A stretch of 58,027 nt of DNA, counting the filler, from Sluysia triapertura (Eukaryota), in assembly GCA_046118255.1 (NCBI GenBank). It is 5 parts of 5 records of this genome, joined end to end, with 100 filler letters (N's around TTAATTAATTAA, not from the genome) between each part and the next. Parts side by side here need not be neighbours in the genome. Positions count along the whole stretch, not along the records: positions 22,064 to 34,995 come from JBJNIA010071615.1; positions 35,096 to 46,780 come from JBJNIA010180029.1; 3 more parts are not named here. One strand, given 5' to 3'. The first letter of the stretch is position 1. Every line of letters starts with the position of its first letter. The notes below the pieces were generated by a model that saw only the letters and a program-made list of their open reading frames with translations, did no database searches and was not told where the DNA came from. The position numbers were made by a program, and so were the translations under genes. Below, piece by piece: positions 26,387 through 39,000 of this stretch.

Positions 26387-26847
26387 ATGGTTTGGTGCAT
26401 AAGTTCGTGCGGTTATGAAAATGCTTACTGGTCAGGAATAAAAACCATGCAAAAAATTCCACATAACAAAATGAATTTATTACATCATTAGAAAAAAAAT
26501 ATCTCAATATCAATCGGTGAGATATTCTCCGCCACATTCGAGCACTACCTTCCACCGTTTCGGTGGTTTGTCAATCCCACGTTTGTTGATTTTTGGTCGA
26601 AAAATTCTTCGTTTTTAAATGTGAGACTTGAAAGATGATTCAATGGAGTGGAAATGATGAAAATCTGTCGGGTTTCAGTCGGGCGAATATGGGGGATGGG
26701 AAGAATTTCCAAGTCATTAGTCAACTTTGTCATTGTGGCAAAATGAGGCCGAACATTGAATAAATATAACTCAAATCATTTAAAACAAGATGTTGGTGTG
26801 TTTTCTTTGCAACAAATAAAACCGCATGAATTATTGCACCGACCTAT
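26387..26847 (+). mobile_element. Internally deleted mariner-like element
   Basis: TIRs ATGGTTTGGTGCATAAGTTCGTGCGGTT and rc ATAGGTCGGTGCAATAATTCATGCGGTT, flanked by TA; Hsmar1-like terminus. Confidence 0.8.
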
Positions 26848-26939
26848 TATTTTAGTCATCAAAATTTTATTTCGATATATATACATAACATGTTTATTTT
26901 GTTTTATTATCTTATGCTAGTCAAAAAATTGTTCATTAA

Positions 26940-27170
26940 CTCTTTCGAGCTTAATGGGTTATATATCCCATTAGTTTTCAAAAAATACTGAAGTAAACGT
27001 TTGCGAAGATCTCCCATTCATTCAATATGTTTTGTACCACCATAACTGTTTTAAAATGTGTGACTGCTGCAATCCAAGTCACTATCCAAGTTTGTTATAA
27101 GTGATTCAACTGCATATGTGACGTAGAAATTTGTAAAAAATAATTGCAAAAATAAGTCGGCACGAAAGGG
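26940..27170. mobile_element. piggyBac-like MITE
   Basis: TTAA|CTCTTTCGAGC...GCACGAAAGGG|TTAA. Confidence 0.62.
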
Positions 27171-27297
27171 TTAATGGTCAAACGACGGTTAAGTTGTATA
27201 GTTGAAAAATATTTTTTGGTACCTTTTATAATGTAAATTTTTACAAATTAATAACAAAAATATTTCGAATATAGTGAATAAAGTGATTATTTTTTAG

Positions 27298-30200
27298 AAT
27301 TTCATTGGAATGCTTAAAAATGTCTTCACAAGATTATTCATCTACCAAAGAAATAACAGAATACCTGCTGCAAAAATTAAGTAGTTGTTCAAATGCAACA
27401 TATTCGAATTTAAGTGCATCAGCACCAGATACAGAAGTAGATTATATTTTAAATGATAATGGTGCTACTGATAACATATCAGATATAGATGTCGAAATTC
27501 CAGCTAATATAGTTTCAGGGGAATTCGTAGGTCCAAATGGTGGTAGTACTTCATCCAATATATCAATAATTACAACAAAAACTATCGTCGATGATATATG
27601 TAATAAGAAGTACAGCATTTGCGATGTAAGTTTTACAATTTATTAAAACTGCTATTACGAGGTGTGTAAATTCATAAATTATTATATTTATTTAGCTATA
27701 TTTATTCTAAAGCTATTTATATTTTGAGCGTTAATTATAATTTAAAGCATTATTTAGCCAATAATAATTATTTATCCTTAGTAATTACTTAAAATCAAAA
27801 AAATAGTTTCCATATGCATAGAAAATGAACTAAAATCATAGAATTAAATATTCCAATCTGTAAAATCGCCTATAAATTGATGATTTCATGTTATTCTATT
27901 GGATAACAAATCCCTCGAGAACAATGTAGAAAACTAGTAAAATAAATAATTTGAAAAATAAACTAATTTATCAAATGGTATGTACGTTTCATCGGAGTAT
28001 ATATTTGTATAATAATAATTATTATTTGATTGATAAGATAGGTGATAAAGTTTAGCGGATTATCTTTTTAAAATGGAAAAATAAAAATTAGGACTCAGTG
28101 AAGTAATAGATTATAATAAATTGTATAAATTAGATATATAAAGTGTTTCTTTATATTTATTAGAAATTACTGCATATTTATATTAATTGATTATAACAGC
28201 TTCGCTTAATCTTTTATCACTTATACATACAAATAAACTCAGCGAGAGTAATTAACTGCACATGGTTCAAAATTCACTTTTAAAATGTTCAACTCACAGT
28301 ATTTGTGTTAAGTACAAATTTATAATATAACATATTATAATAATGCATATTGTGTTATAATAGTATAATATATTATTATCTTATATAGATATAAGAATAG
28401 GACTTCTGATTAAACTGGGAATGATACTGACCTAATGTGTGATCATCATCAACGTACATCTAATAAAGTTATAATATACTAATGAAAGTTTAAGGTTATT
28501 CGATGTCTAATTTCTTTGAATATTTCTGTTTCCATTCATTAAATGTTGAAATGAAAGAATTTGATATCTTAATAAATTATTTATTAGTATGACAATTTCG
28601 TCTTTAACCCTAACGAAAAATAGACTTGTGGTATTCAAACTTATCAACATCATTCTTTATTTTGTTACGACATTGTTGACTTACTCGTGAATTCAGTATT
28701 AATGTAGTTACATAAACACGTATATTTTTGAAGATATTTTGAATGTTTTAAGGATTTTGGAATTGTATCGCCATAACAAGCAAAAACTATAAAATTTTCC
28801 ACTTGAATTAGAATTTCTCTATTGCTTTTCCCCCTATTTAAAGTTTGGAAAACCTGGGTATTTATTTATTTTTATCTATTTTACGATTTAAATTATTTAA
28901 ATTATTCGCATTGTTATTGTATTTTTTTGTTAAAACACATTTGCATTTTATTTATTTCAGTTTTTTTATCTGATTGCACTTCATTATAGATCAAAATCTC
29001 TTCAGTTCTCTGCAATAGAATTATAACTAGGTTTGATTAAGGTTTTTCATCTTTAAAAAGTTTCATGTTTTCATTTTAATTTTATTTAATTGCTGGGTTC
29101 TTTATGACGAACTCCTAATTCGAATTAATAAGTTTAGATTGTTAACGAAAATAGCGATTAGCAATAGAGTAGAGTAAAAGAAAATATATCAACTTAAATG
29201 TTAGTAAAATACGAAGAAATAAGTTTAATTTCAATTGTCAGCAATAGATGGTGATTTTTGTCACTTATCGGGATTGAAAATTATGTGACAAACGACGGCA
29301 CTAACGTATTCTGATCACCGTTGTAATTCAACCAATTGAAAATAGCTTGGTATTTTATTCTAAATTTATTAAGACTACAGAAAAAGAAAATTTAATTAAA
29401 TAAGTAAATTAATAAAAATAATTTCACATTTTTTCAGTTCATATTTAAGAATTTCTTGTATTTAAAAATTATTTTTTGCTCTTTATATTTATTGATCATT
29501 CTCCACTCAAAGACTGTATACTATCAGCTCAATGTATAAGTAAGTCAGATTAATAACCCAATTTAAAATTCATAGAAAATATATTTCAAGATATACAAAT
29601 TAGCAATCCGACAAATTTTACTTTGGTTAAGTAAGAAAATGTAGATACTAGGCAGTAAATTGACCAGGATCTGGTATTCTATTAAATTATTATATAAAAA
29701 GATACATTTTAAAATTTAATTTTACTTAAAATTTGAAAAATTTTGTTTGGTTTTATTTCAAGAATACTCCATTTCTGTAAATGTCTCGTATTACAGAAAT
29801 AGAGGAAATATAATCCTTAATGTAATCATTTGTTTAAGAAGATAGATTCGATGTTTACTCGAATCGATAAAAAAGTTTTATTTCAGTTAGCATTATGTGA
29901 CTAACTTATTTAAATTCTAAATATTACATGATTAATTTGCATATACAGTATTTGAATATTATTAGGGGAAATTTGGAGGTTTGTTATGATAACATTGTGC
30001 ATTGTTTCAAAATTACATTAAACTTAAGTTACGAGTTTCATATTTCTTCTGAGATTTTTTAACTTGGTCTTCATCAGGTAATCGAAAATATTTATTAATT
30101 AAATTAAATCAAGTAATTATTATTCAGTTGAACTATGCACAATGTGAAGCATTACATTATTATGGATATCCAATTGAATGTTCAATTTTGGCGTTCGAAT

Positions 30201-30480
30201 TAACTCAAAAGTTTCTAGAAAAACAACCACAAATATTTGAAAGAATGTATCGTGAAGCTCGAATGTCACTTATTGAAAGTCATAAGAAACTTGCTGAATG
30301 GAGTGCTAATGGCGTTACTCAATGTTATTATACGTTATATAATTCCGTGGGATCTTTGGGATCTGTTACTTCGATGGTCAATTCCAGTAATAAACCTTCT
30401 GGTGGTAATGGTGGAAGTACGAGTTTCAAAAGTTTTCGCAGATACAGATGCAATGGCCAAAACAATTTAATGAATTGTTA
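27298..30480 (+). pseudogene. ZSWIM8: ZSWIM8/EBAX-1-like locus, apparently disrupted (exon-like blocks 27298-27625, ~27780-27977, ~28164-28291, 29966-30077, 30128-~30480)
   Basis: EYLLQKLSS..LSASAPD and TIVDDICNK resemble the ZSWIM8 LLDELLSS..GAPDP / TLTDNIKK segments. YAQCEALHYYGYPIECSILAFELTQKFL resembles AEALHAHGY..EA..L..ELA..LL. Splice sites flank the blocks, but the middle blocks contain in-frame TAA codons. Confidence 0.65.
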
Positions 30481-30504
30481 TAAATTAATTTATATTATAA
30501 TTAC

Positions 30505-30560
<56 letters not shown>
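30505..30560 (+). repeat. (AAT)n microsatellite
   Basis: Direct reading; (ATT)n tracts also occur at ~5358-5430, 11194-11232 and 52352-52418. Confidence 0.95.
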
Positions 30561-30562
<2 letters not shown>

Positions 30563-33500
30563 TTTTTATTATTATTAGTAGTAGTACTTATTATTCAGTA
30601 GGTACTAGTTACTTTTAATTTAAATATTACTTATTTTCTTTTGCATGTTTTCACAGCAATGTTTATAACAAAATGATAAACATTATAAATAAAATAAAAC
30701 TAATATCTTAGTAGTTGTAAAACAACAGCTTACATCAAGAAGTAAACAAATGAAAACAAACGCAGAATTTAAGAAAAGTGGAGTGGACATGTGAAGGATA
30801 TGGGACACTAAAAAACTTACAATTTCATAAAAATAAAGATAAAACAAAACTACACGTAACCACCTTGCGAATGTATATGAAAGGCTAAATTAGTTTATGG
30901 AAGAAAATTAATTAATATTTGGATAATTTTGGCCTTACTATCACGATAATCATACATTAAAACATTTCTTTGAAAAGAATTTGACCATGTATTAGAAATG
31001 ATTGTAAAATTGAATTGAAGAATTGAATTAATTTATTAGCCATAAATTAATATAAAATACTTTATAAAGTGGAGTTTTTCACATATAAGGATGTTAATTT
31101 CGTAGCTACAGAAAAAATGTGATAAATGATCATTACTCTTGAACATTGAATATTGATTTGATTGCCTATTTTAGTAAGTATTTTAAATATTTTAAATTCA
31201 CAAATTATTCACATAAATTTAATAAAATAATTATTTATATTATTATCAATGTACTTAAGTGTTAAATTAATTTTCGAGTGTATGGAATTAATACTTTAAC
31301 GGTTTTAATTACTTTCACCTTCTACGTTGTAGAGATTGATAGAATTTATAAATAAAATTATTTATCATATTTTAAAGTTAAGCATAATAGATGTAACAAT
31401 AAAAAATGACAAACTTATCAAAATTGTGCTGTAAGGCGAAACTCAATCACACTGTTTAAAATAAGAGATTTAGATATATTTAAATAATATCTAGATTATT
31501 GAAATATTTTTAATACAATATTGTTACTTTTTAAGAAAATATTATTTAAGTAAATATCACTGTTTCAATCAAGCGAGATCAGAAATCACCATTTACGAAA
31601 CTCGAATGCTCTTTAACCAATTATAATTTTAATATATTCTTTTTGACATTGTTTTCATTTTTATACTTTTATACTTTTTCATATTTCAAGGTAAGATATG
31701 TAAAGGAAAAAGATGTAGAATTTTCGTCAGAGAATATAAACAATTGATATATTTTTTATTATAATTTTCCATTAAAATTACTTAATATATTTTTAATTAT
31801 ACCACTTATTTATTTATTTACTGTAACAAATATTATCCTTTTGTCTAATTTTATTAGAATTACAATGTTTATTTCCATTAAAAATGAGAACTTGTCACCT
31901 TCATATATAAAAAAAACCTCATTCACTTATGTCTCCAATTAGATTATCATTAAAGCTCTGCTATTTTTACAAAAATAAGTAAAAATTAAATTTTAGGTAT
32001 TAGTAACGATATATACAACAATCGTTTAAAAATTTACAGTTTAACCTTAATGGAACACAATGAAACACTCATGGACTTTTATTCGGGTTCTATTTTTCAA
32101 ATATAGGTTCCTGGATTTTTAATTGAGTAACATATTACATTCACATAGGATACGCAAGAAGCTCAAATTAACATATTCAAGAACATTTAGAACTCGAGTT
32201 TTATTATTAAGGTTCAAAAATATAAATTTCAAAAAATATTATGTTTAGCATTTAATAAATAATTAATTAATGCTTTACTAAAATTTAAATAAATATATTG
32301 AGGTTAATAAGTAGTTCAAAATTAAAAATTACAAAATATTTCAATGCTACAAAGCTGAAAAGTTTAAAAATGTAAATTCTGACAATAAATTACAAACAGT
32401 ATCGTGAATTAAGTTGAGCTAAATTAATATATAAAGAAAATAAATTCCCAAAAACAATTATTTAATCTTACATTTGCATAAATATCTTCATACGAGTTTC
32501 CATTTAGCTCATTTACCATGTGCTCCACAATTTTCATTGGCTTCGAAATTGGCAGCTCTGAATATCTCAAATGGTAACAGTGTAGATTCTCAAATTTTGA
32601 CAATGTCAATTATGATTGAAGCAGAACAAAACTACGAAGTTTGTTTAATTATTTTAAAGAGAATACTTTTTACAAATCTCATCAAGTAGTGGTAGCAGTA
32701 GTTTATGTTTGTAATAAAATCAAATAAGGATGAATATGAATGAAAAAAACAATAGTAATTAAGACAATGAAAAATATATAAATTAAATATTAATATTACT
32801 AATAATAATTTGTTATATAAATTGCAGAACATTAATCAGAATTCATAAACTAAATACAAAACAAAAATTTTAAGACAATCACAAATTTTAGTTTAATAAA
32901 CAAAAACAAGATTTTATGTAATATTTTTATTTATCAAATTTATTATCCAATAAATAATTTTGCATCAAATTGCAAACCCTACAGAAACTTTATGAACAAC
33001 TTGTATAATTTGAAAAAAATAAAAAATCATACGAATTTGTTGAAACTTTGTTTTATGATTGAAATTAATAAACATAATACGAATACAATTTATTTTCAAT
33101 TTAAATTTGCGTTAAACATTCATAATTGGTGTACAATAAAAATTGTTTTTCCTAACTAATTAAAACGATATTCTGATTGTTATTGTTGTTAATGATAATA
33201 TCGAATATCTTATGTATAAATTAAGTATTTTCCAATTTGAAAATACCAAGTACTATACATATATTAATTATTAATGAAATATGTATGCAATAATTTTGTT
33301 TAAAACTATGACAATTTGATTGAGGTAGCAATAATTGAACTTACATTGATCTTGTAATTACAAAAATGAAAGAAAAATAAGTTCACTAACAATAACAATC
33401 ACACAATGGGAAATAAAAACTATTGTTTATGTAAAAATCAATGAAGGAAACCATTAACATAGGCTGACAGTTACACACTTTAAGTGCCTTAAGGACACCT

Positions 33501-34268
33501 ATAAAGTTTTCAGTAATTCTCCATTCAGTGCTTTGGCACACGTATGCGACAAAAATATAATTAAATCTAAAGACCATAGATATGAATCTGCAAATCTGAA
33601 GGCTGCATTTAACATCTTTAACTTTTAACATTTAAAGATTTTGTAAAACCCATCTTTCTTATTTTAAATTCATTTATTGCAAATCAATATCATTTTTATT
33701 TTAGTTACTGTGAGATATCGTATTAATTTTAATATTTTTATTACATTTTTCTTAAAAGTGATCCATATACATATTATTTTTAATCAAATGTAAATTTTGA
33801 ATGCTGTTATAAATAAAATTTCTTTAATGTTATGTTAATATGTTCACTTGGTAGTTATATTTCTCTATTATTGTACAAACTGTCCAATAATTTAACTATT
33901 ATTATTATCATTATTATATTATTTTTGTAAAATTTTTTTATTTTAATAAATGATACTTTTATAAAATTGGTGTGTGCTTCAATGAACTCTTAGTCTCTGA
34001 TGCTAATCTAAACTTAATAATCTTTTCACTTTATATTACCACTTAAATTTAACTGGAAGTACAATCTTTTCTTAATGCAAATTTCCTCTATCAATTAACT
34101 CTGTAAGTAATATCTATACTTTTTCTATTTTTGCTTTATCTGGAAGTGTGAACTCGAATACTCGTCTCAGTTATTCGAGATAGAAGTTCTCAAGAAAAGT
34201 TCTACTACTTTAAAGTTAAAAAATTACTTTAAGAAACTCAATTTATTCGATTTTATAAAATTTTAATT

Positions 34269-34995
34269 TCAATATACTTTGTAAAAAACCTTAAAAGTTT
34301 TCTTCTTTAATTTTAACCTACAGTGTATGGGAAATGCTTTTTGACGTGATTTTAAAATGTTATGATGACCGAGTGTTATGGTATATTTAAAGCGTTTGGA
34401 TTGAAGAAGAGGTTCATTTGATTGACATTCGTTATCTAAAGGGTTAATCATAGTTGTATTGTTTTCAAAAATCAAACTGTAGTGTAAGATTTTGTGATAA
34501 ATATTTATCATTATCATATCAGTACTCGATTTTGTCTTAGAATAAAATTTTTTCTTTAAAACATTTAATAGTAAATTTTCAAATTTAAAAATTAAATCAT
34601 TAAAATGAAAATGTTTCTTGAAAATATTTATTAACATGACACAAAATTGAAAAAAATAGAAATTGTTGTCGTGGCTACACCTCAGCGATATCTTCTTCTT
34701 CGTGGGTTCAGGTTCCTGATATATACGTCTGGAATAAAGACAACAAAATAAAACATAGTCAGTGCTTATAGATGAATTATTAGAATAAAAATTCTTACCT
34801 AATAGTAATCTAAATGCGCCATTCGAATTGTTCACATAATTCATACTTGCATCGATGCCAAATATATAGTTCGATTCACCTTTCAGACTAATTGCAAGAC
34901 TCACACATTTTCTAACACTGAATATTTGATTCAACAAATCATTGAGGGTATTTACACGTTTCAGGTTTATACTAACATTGTATTTACATCGCTCA
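34269..34995 (-). CDS. Unknown ORF of about 240 codons, open up to the gap; probably element-encoded
   Basis: Stop-free far beyond chance expectation at this AT content; contains CSHD...FCVMLI, weakly reminiscent of ORF-X. Confidence 0.45.
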
Positions 34996-35464
34996 NNNNN
35001 NNNNNNNNNNNNNNNNNNNNNNNNNNNNNNNNNNNNNNNTTAATTAATTAANNNNNNNNNNNNNNNNNNNNNNNNNNNNNNNNNNNNNNNNNNNNTTCAT
35101 CGAAAAATCATATTTAAAATTATTTTGAAAGTGAAGAATTGATTAATTCTGTCGTAACACTGTATATTTTATAATTATATAATTTCTTTTTATATACGTA
35201 AAATTTTATTGTAAATAATAAATCTTCGAGTTAAATTCATTGTTTTTCGAATTATAATAACTTCTATAGTCTCAACTATAAAATAACCACTTAAATAGAT
35301 TTGTTATAGTATAATTCTAACGGTGTAAACTAATTATTCCGATCCTGTTTCAAAGGATCATCGAAAAATCATAATTAAAACTATTGAGTAAATTTTACCT
35401 TTAAAATATCTGACATAACCTTAAGATTTTCTAAATTTTGTTAACCTCCAATACTTTCACTCTA

Positions 35465-35553
35465 CAAATCCAACGGTTGGCCCTAGCTGGTAAGTCCAGT
35501 ACGTTGGTAAACTCACAATTTTAATTCAACTTTTATTCTGCATTTTTTCACAG
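35465..35553 (+). repeat. Motif A, copy 2
   Basis: CCAACG..CTGGTAAGTCCAG..CGTTGG..ACTCAC..TTTTTTCACAG. Confidence 0.8.
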
Positions 35554-36669
35554 TTTTGATGTTGATTTTTTAGTTTTATATGTGATTGCATAATTTTTTG
35601 GTATTTTGTTTATTTTAATTATTTTATATTTATGAGATTTTAGTTAAATTTTAAATGAAAGGTATGAACACCACAATATTAATAAATGATGACTTTTGGT
35701 TCAATACTCAAAACGTTAATGGTACGTCACAGGCGTCAATTTCAATGATCTCATGGATTTAGAATGATAACATAATTTTATTATATATGCCCATTAGAAT
35801 ACATGTAAATTTAACTTTATAAAGAAAATTAATTCAAACCGATTATTCTACATTATCTAAGTTGATACAATTCATAATTGTGCTTCATTATATGTCATAC
35901 CCGCTCCAATGCAAACATCACACGAAATTTTATTGATTTTCAAACAATATAATTAAATTAATTAATAAATATACATATGAATGTTTATTTAAACTTTAGA
36001 AATAAATAAATATATTTATATTTTATTTATTTATTTTTTAAAATAATTTTTAAAACTGTTTTTATTTGAGATTAAAATCAGTTTTATTTTTCATTAACTG
36101 TGACTAAATATTGTTGTGACTAGTCACTAAACACAGCATGAAATTACTAATAATAAATTAAAATTTTGATAGGCATTCATAAGCTGTTTAGTAACTAAAA
36201 AGACTGTCAGTGGTTGTATTGTATACTAAGCAACTGTCATTATTCGACAGTTTAGCAGGTGGTATGGATTGATTTTAAATAAAACTTTTGGCTAATGACA
36301 GGTGTAGGGAAATCATATGAAATTAATCATACTTTATCACATAAAAACATCACTTGCATACACAGAACGTTAAACAAACTACTATGCTCCTTCAAAAAAC
36401 AAACATAACATTTATACATAATTATCATGAACTATACCTATTGTTATTATAATTCCAGTCGTATTAAAATATATAATAATTATTAGGATTATTATCGTAT
36501 AATATAATTGCCACGAGTGTCACAATAACTGTCATATCAATATCATCAACAATACCATTATTTTAAAACATATAATAATTATTATATTGTTATTGTTATT
36601 CTTATCATTATTATTTATTTTATCCTTATTATCAACCTTTCTTCTTATTTTTTTGTTTTTTCCAAGACA

Positions 36670-39000
36670 ATACAATATCATTTAACCGGAGTAGCGATAC
36701 AAACGTATAAGGAAATAGGTAATGTATAGAAACAAAATTAGAATACGTTTGTTGATATATTTACTGAAGAAATAGCATTGAAGATATAGGTAAATATTAC
36801 GCAAAGATGCTTAATATAAGAAAACAGAAACCCAATTAAACAGTTTACGAATTTGCTTGTGCACTTAAAAGTTTAGCATCAAGAACCAAAATTTCAGAAT
36901 AAAAAATAAGCAATTAATAGATAAATTTAAAAGTGGCCTATGCCAACAATTACGAATTTATCTAAGTCTAATTAAAAATTTACCATTTAAGGATATTGTT
37001 AGGAAATTAAGAAGAATGGAATGACAAGGAAATGAAGAAGGAAATAATATAAGTTATATAGATGATAATAATAAGAATATAGAAAATAATTCCAGTGAAC
37101 GCCCTAGGCATAAGTATATGGGATATGTGCAAACAATATCTACAAAGGCTCAAAAGACCAATGGTAAATTTCAGAATAAATTGTGGATTGGTCTCATCAT
37201 TAATAGACACGGGAGTAGTGGCCTTTCTAATTAACGAAAATTTCTTAACTAGAGAAGAATTAAAAAACTATTCTAATCAAACATCTCATTTATCAGGAGT
37301 ACAGGTGATGCATTTAATATAATCGGTGTAATGAAAGCTATTTGTGAAGTTAGAAATTAAATTATTGTTATGAATAAATGTCCGGAGAAAATGATAATGG
37401 GAATGGGTATATTATCACAATTAAAAGGAATTATATTAGATTTTGTTCAAGTAAGGTTTATGCATAGTCGATCAAAAAGTTCTATTGATAATGATGATGT
37501 ATATGTAGACGAATCACTTTGGCTATTAAATGCCAGCTAAAACAAATAGTCTATTAACTAGCTGTATTATGTTTATTGTATCTGAGATATAGGAATAGCA
37601 AGTGCAGTGTGTAACAATTGTGAAGTAAATATGTCTGTTCGCATTATAAATTATACAAATGATAAAAAATGGCTTCATACTGGTACAAAGTTAAGAAAAT
37701 CGTTAAGTATAAAATACCTATGCATATTAATATGATAGCGGAAGATAAAAATAAAAATAAAAATAATATAAAATTATAACGTGAAGTACAAAATGAAGGC
37801 TATGGTGAAATTGAAATCACTAATAAAAATTTGACGAAGATGCAAATAAATCAGTTAGGTAGTGACATTTATCTTTACCCAAGAGCAATAGCTAAAAATA
37901 ATTATGATATTAGAGACTCAATAATAATTAAACATGAGATACCATTAATAATAGACAACTTAATTCGTAAAAAGCCATACAGAATACCAATATGTAATAA
38001 AAAAGAAATGCAGGATCAAATAGATACTATGGAAAAGGCCGGCGTAATAAGGCCAAGTTTCTCACAATTTTCTTCTTCAGTTTTATTAGGGATTTTTTTA
38101 GACTTTAGGAAATTAAATAGGATAACAGGAAAATATGTATAGAAAAAATGTATATTTTACAACTAATGATTTACAAAGCGGATACTGGCAAATAGAAATT
38201 GCCAAAAAAGATAAGCATAAAACTCAATTTACTTGTGGTGATGAATTATACAAATATGGAAAAATTCTACTTGGATTGACTGGAGCACCTTCAACGTTTC
38301 AGCGGTGCATGGGTTTCGTACACTCAGGATGTAAAAATGTTATGGTATATATCGACGATATAATAATATTTTCTAAAGATTTTCACACACGGAAAGGATA
38401 TTGACAATATTATAAATAGATTAGAGTTTGTTTGGGCTGAGGAGAAAGTCGAATTTTTAGGACATATAGTGTCGAAAGATGGAATAAAGCCAAATCCGAA
38501 AAATAGTGAAAAATTGGTCAAATTCGCACAGCTAGGTAACGTAAAAAATGATTCAAAGTTTCATAGGATTAGCCAATTATTGTAGGAGATTTATTAAGAA
38601 TTTCGCTAAAATAGCTCAACCACTTAGAAAGTTAACGAAGAACGATGTTGAATTTAGATAGGCGGATGAACAGATAATAGCATTTAAAGAATTAAAATAG
38701 AGGTTAACGACGGCAGTGATATTATTTTTTCCAGATGTCAATAAATCATTTGTATTCACTACGGATGCTAGTAATTATGCTATCGGAGCAGTGATTGCGT
38801 ACACCAGTCGACATTTAAACAAGCCAAAATGAATTACTCTACAATGAAAAGGAATTTTTAGCTATAGACATTACCTATTAGGACAAAAGTCTATTTATAT
38901 ACAGACCACAAACCACTAACATATTTGTACAATCATAAAGATGAAGTTAGTAGACTGACTGGGTGGTTCAATAAGTTATCAGAATTAGATTTAGAAGTTA
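36670..39000 (+). mobile_element. pol: Degenerate Ty3/Gypsy gag-protease-RT-RNase H
   Basis: gag LTGVAIQTYKEI identical to the 10478 copy; protease LIDTG; RT KPYRIP, DFRKLN, DLQSGYWQI, GLTGAPSTFQR, YIDDIIIFS; RNase H TDAS and TDHKPL. Many stops and frameshifts. Confidence 0.93.

Noticed and set aside
28164-30077. TAA stop-codon reassignment, suggested by recurrent in-frame TAA in ZSWIM8-like exons
   Set aside because: All TBCE and RING exons (about 500 codons) are free of in-frame TAA/TAG and encode Gln with CAA/CAG, so pseudogenisation or sequencing error is simpler.
30480-30601. Poly-Ile transmembrane tail of ORF 30128-30601
   Set aside because: Read-through into an (AAT)n microsatellite.
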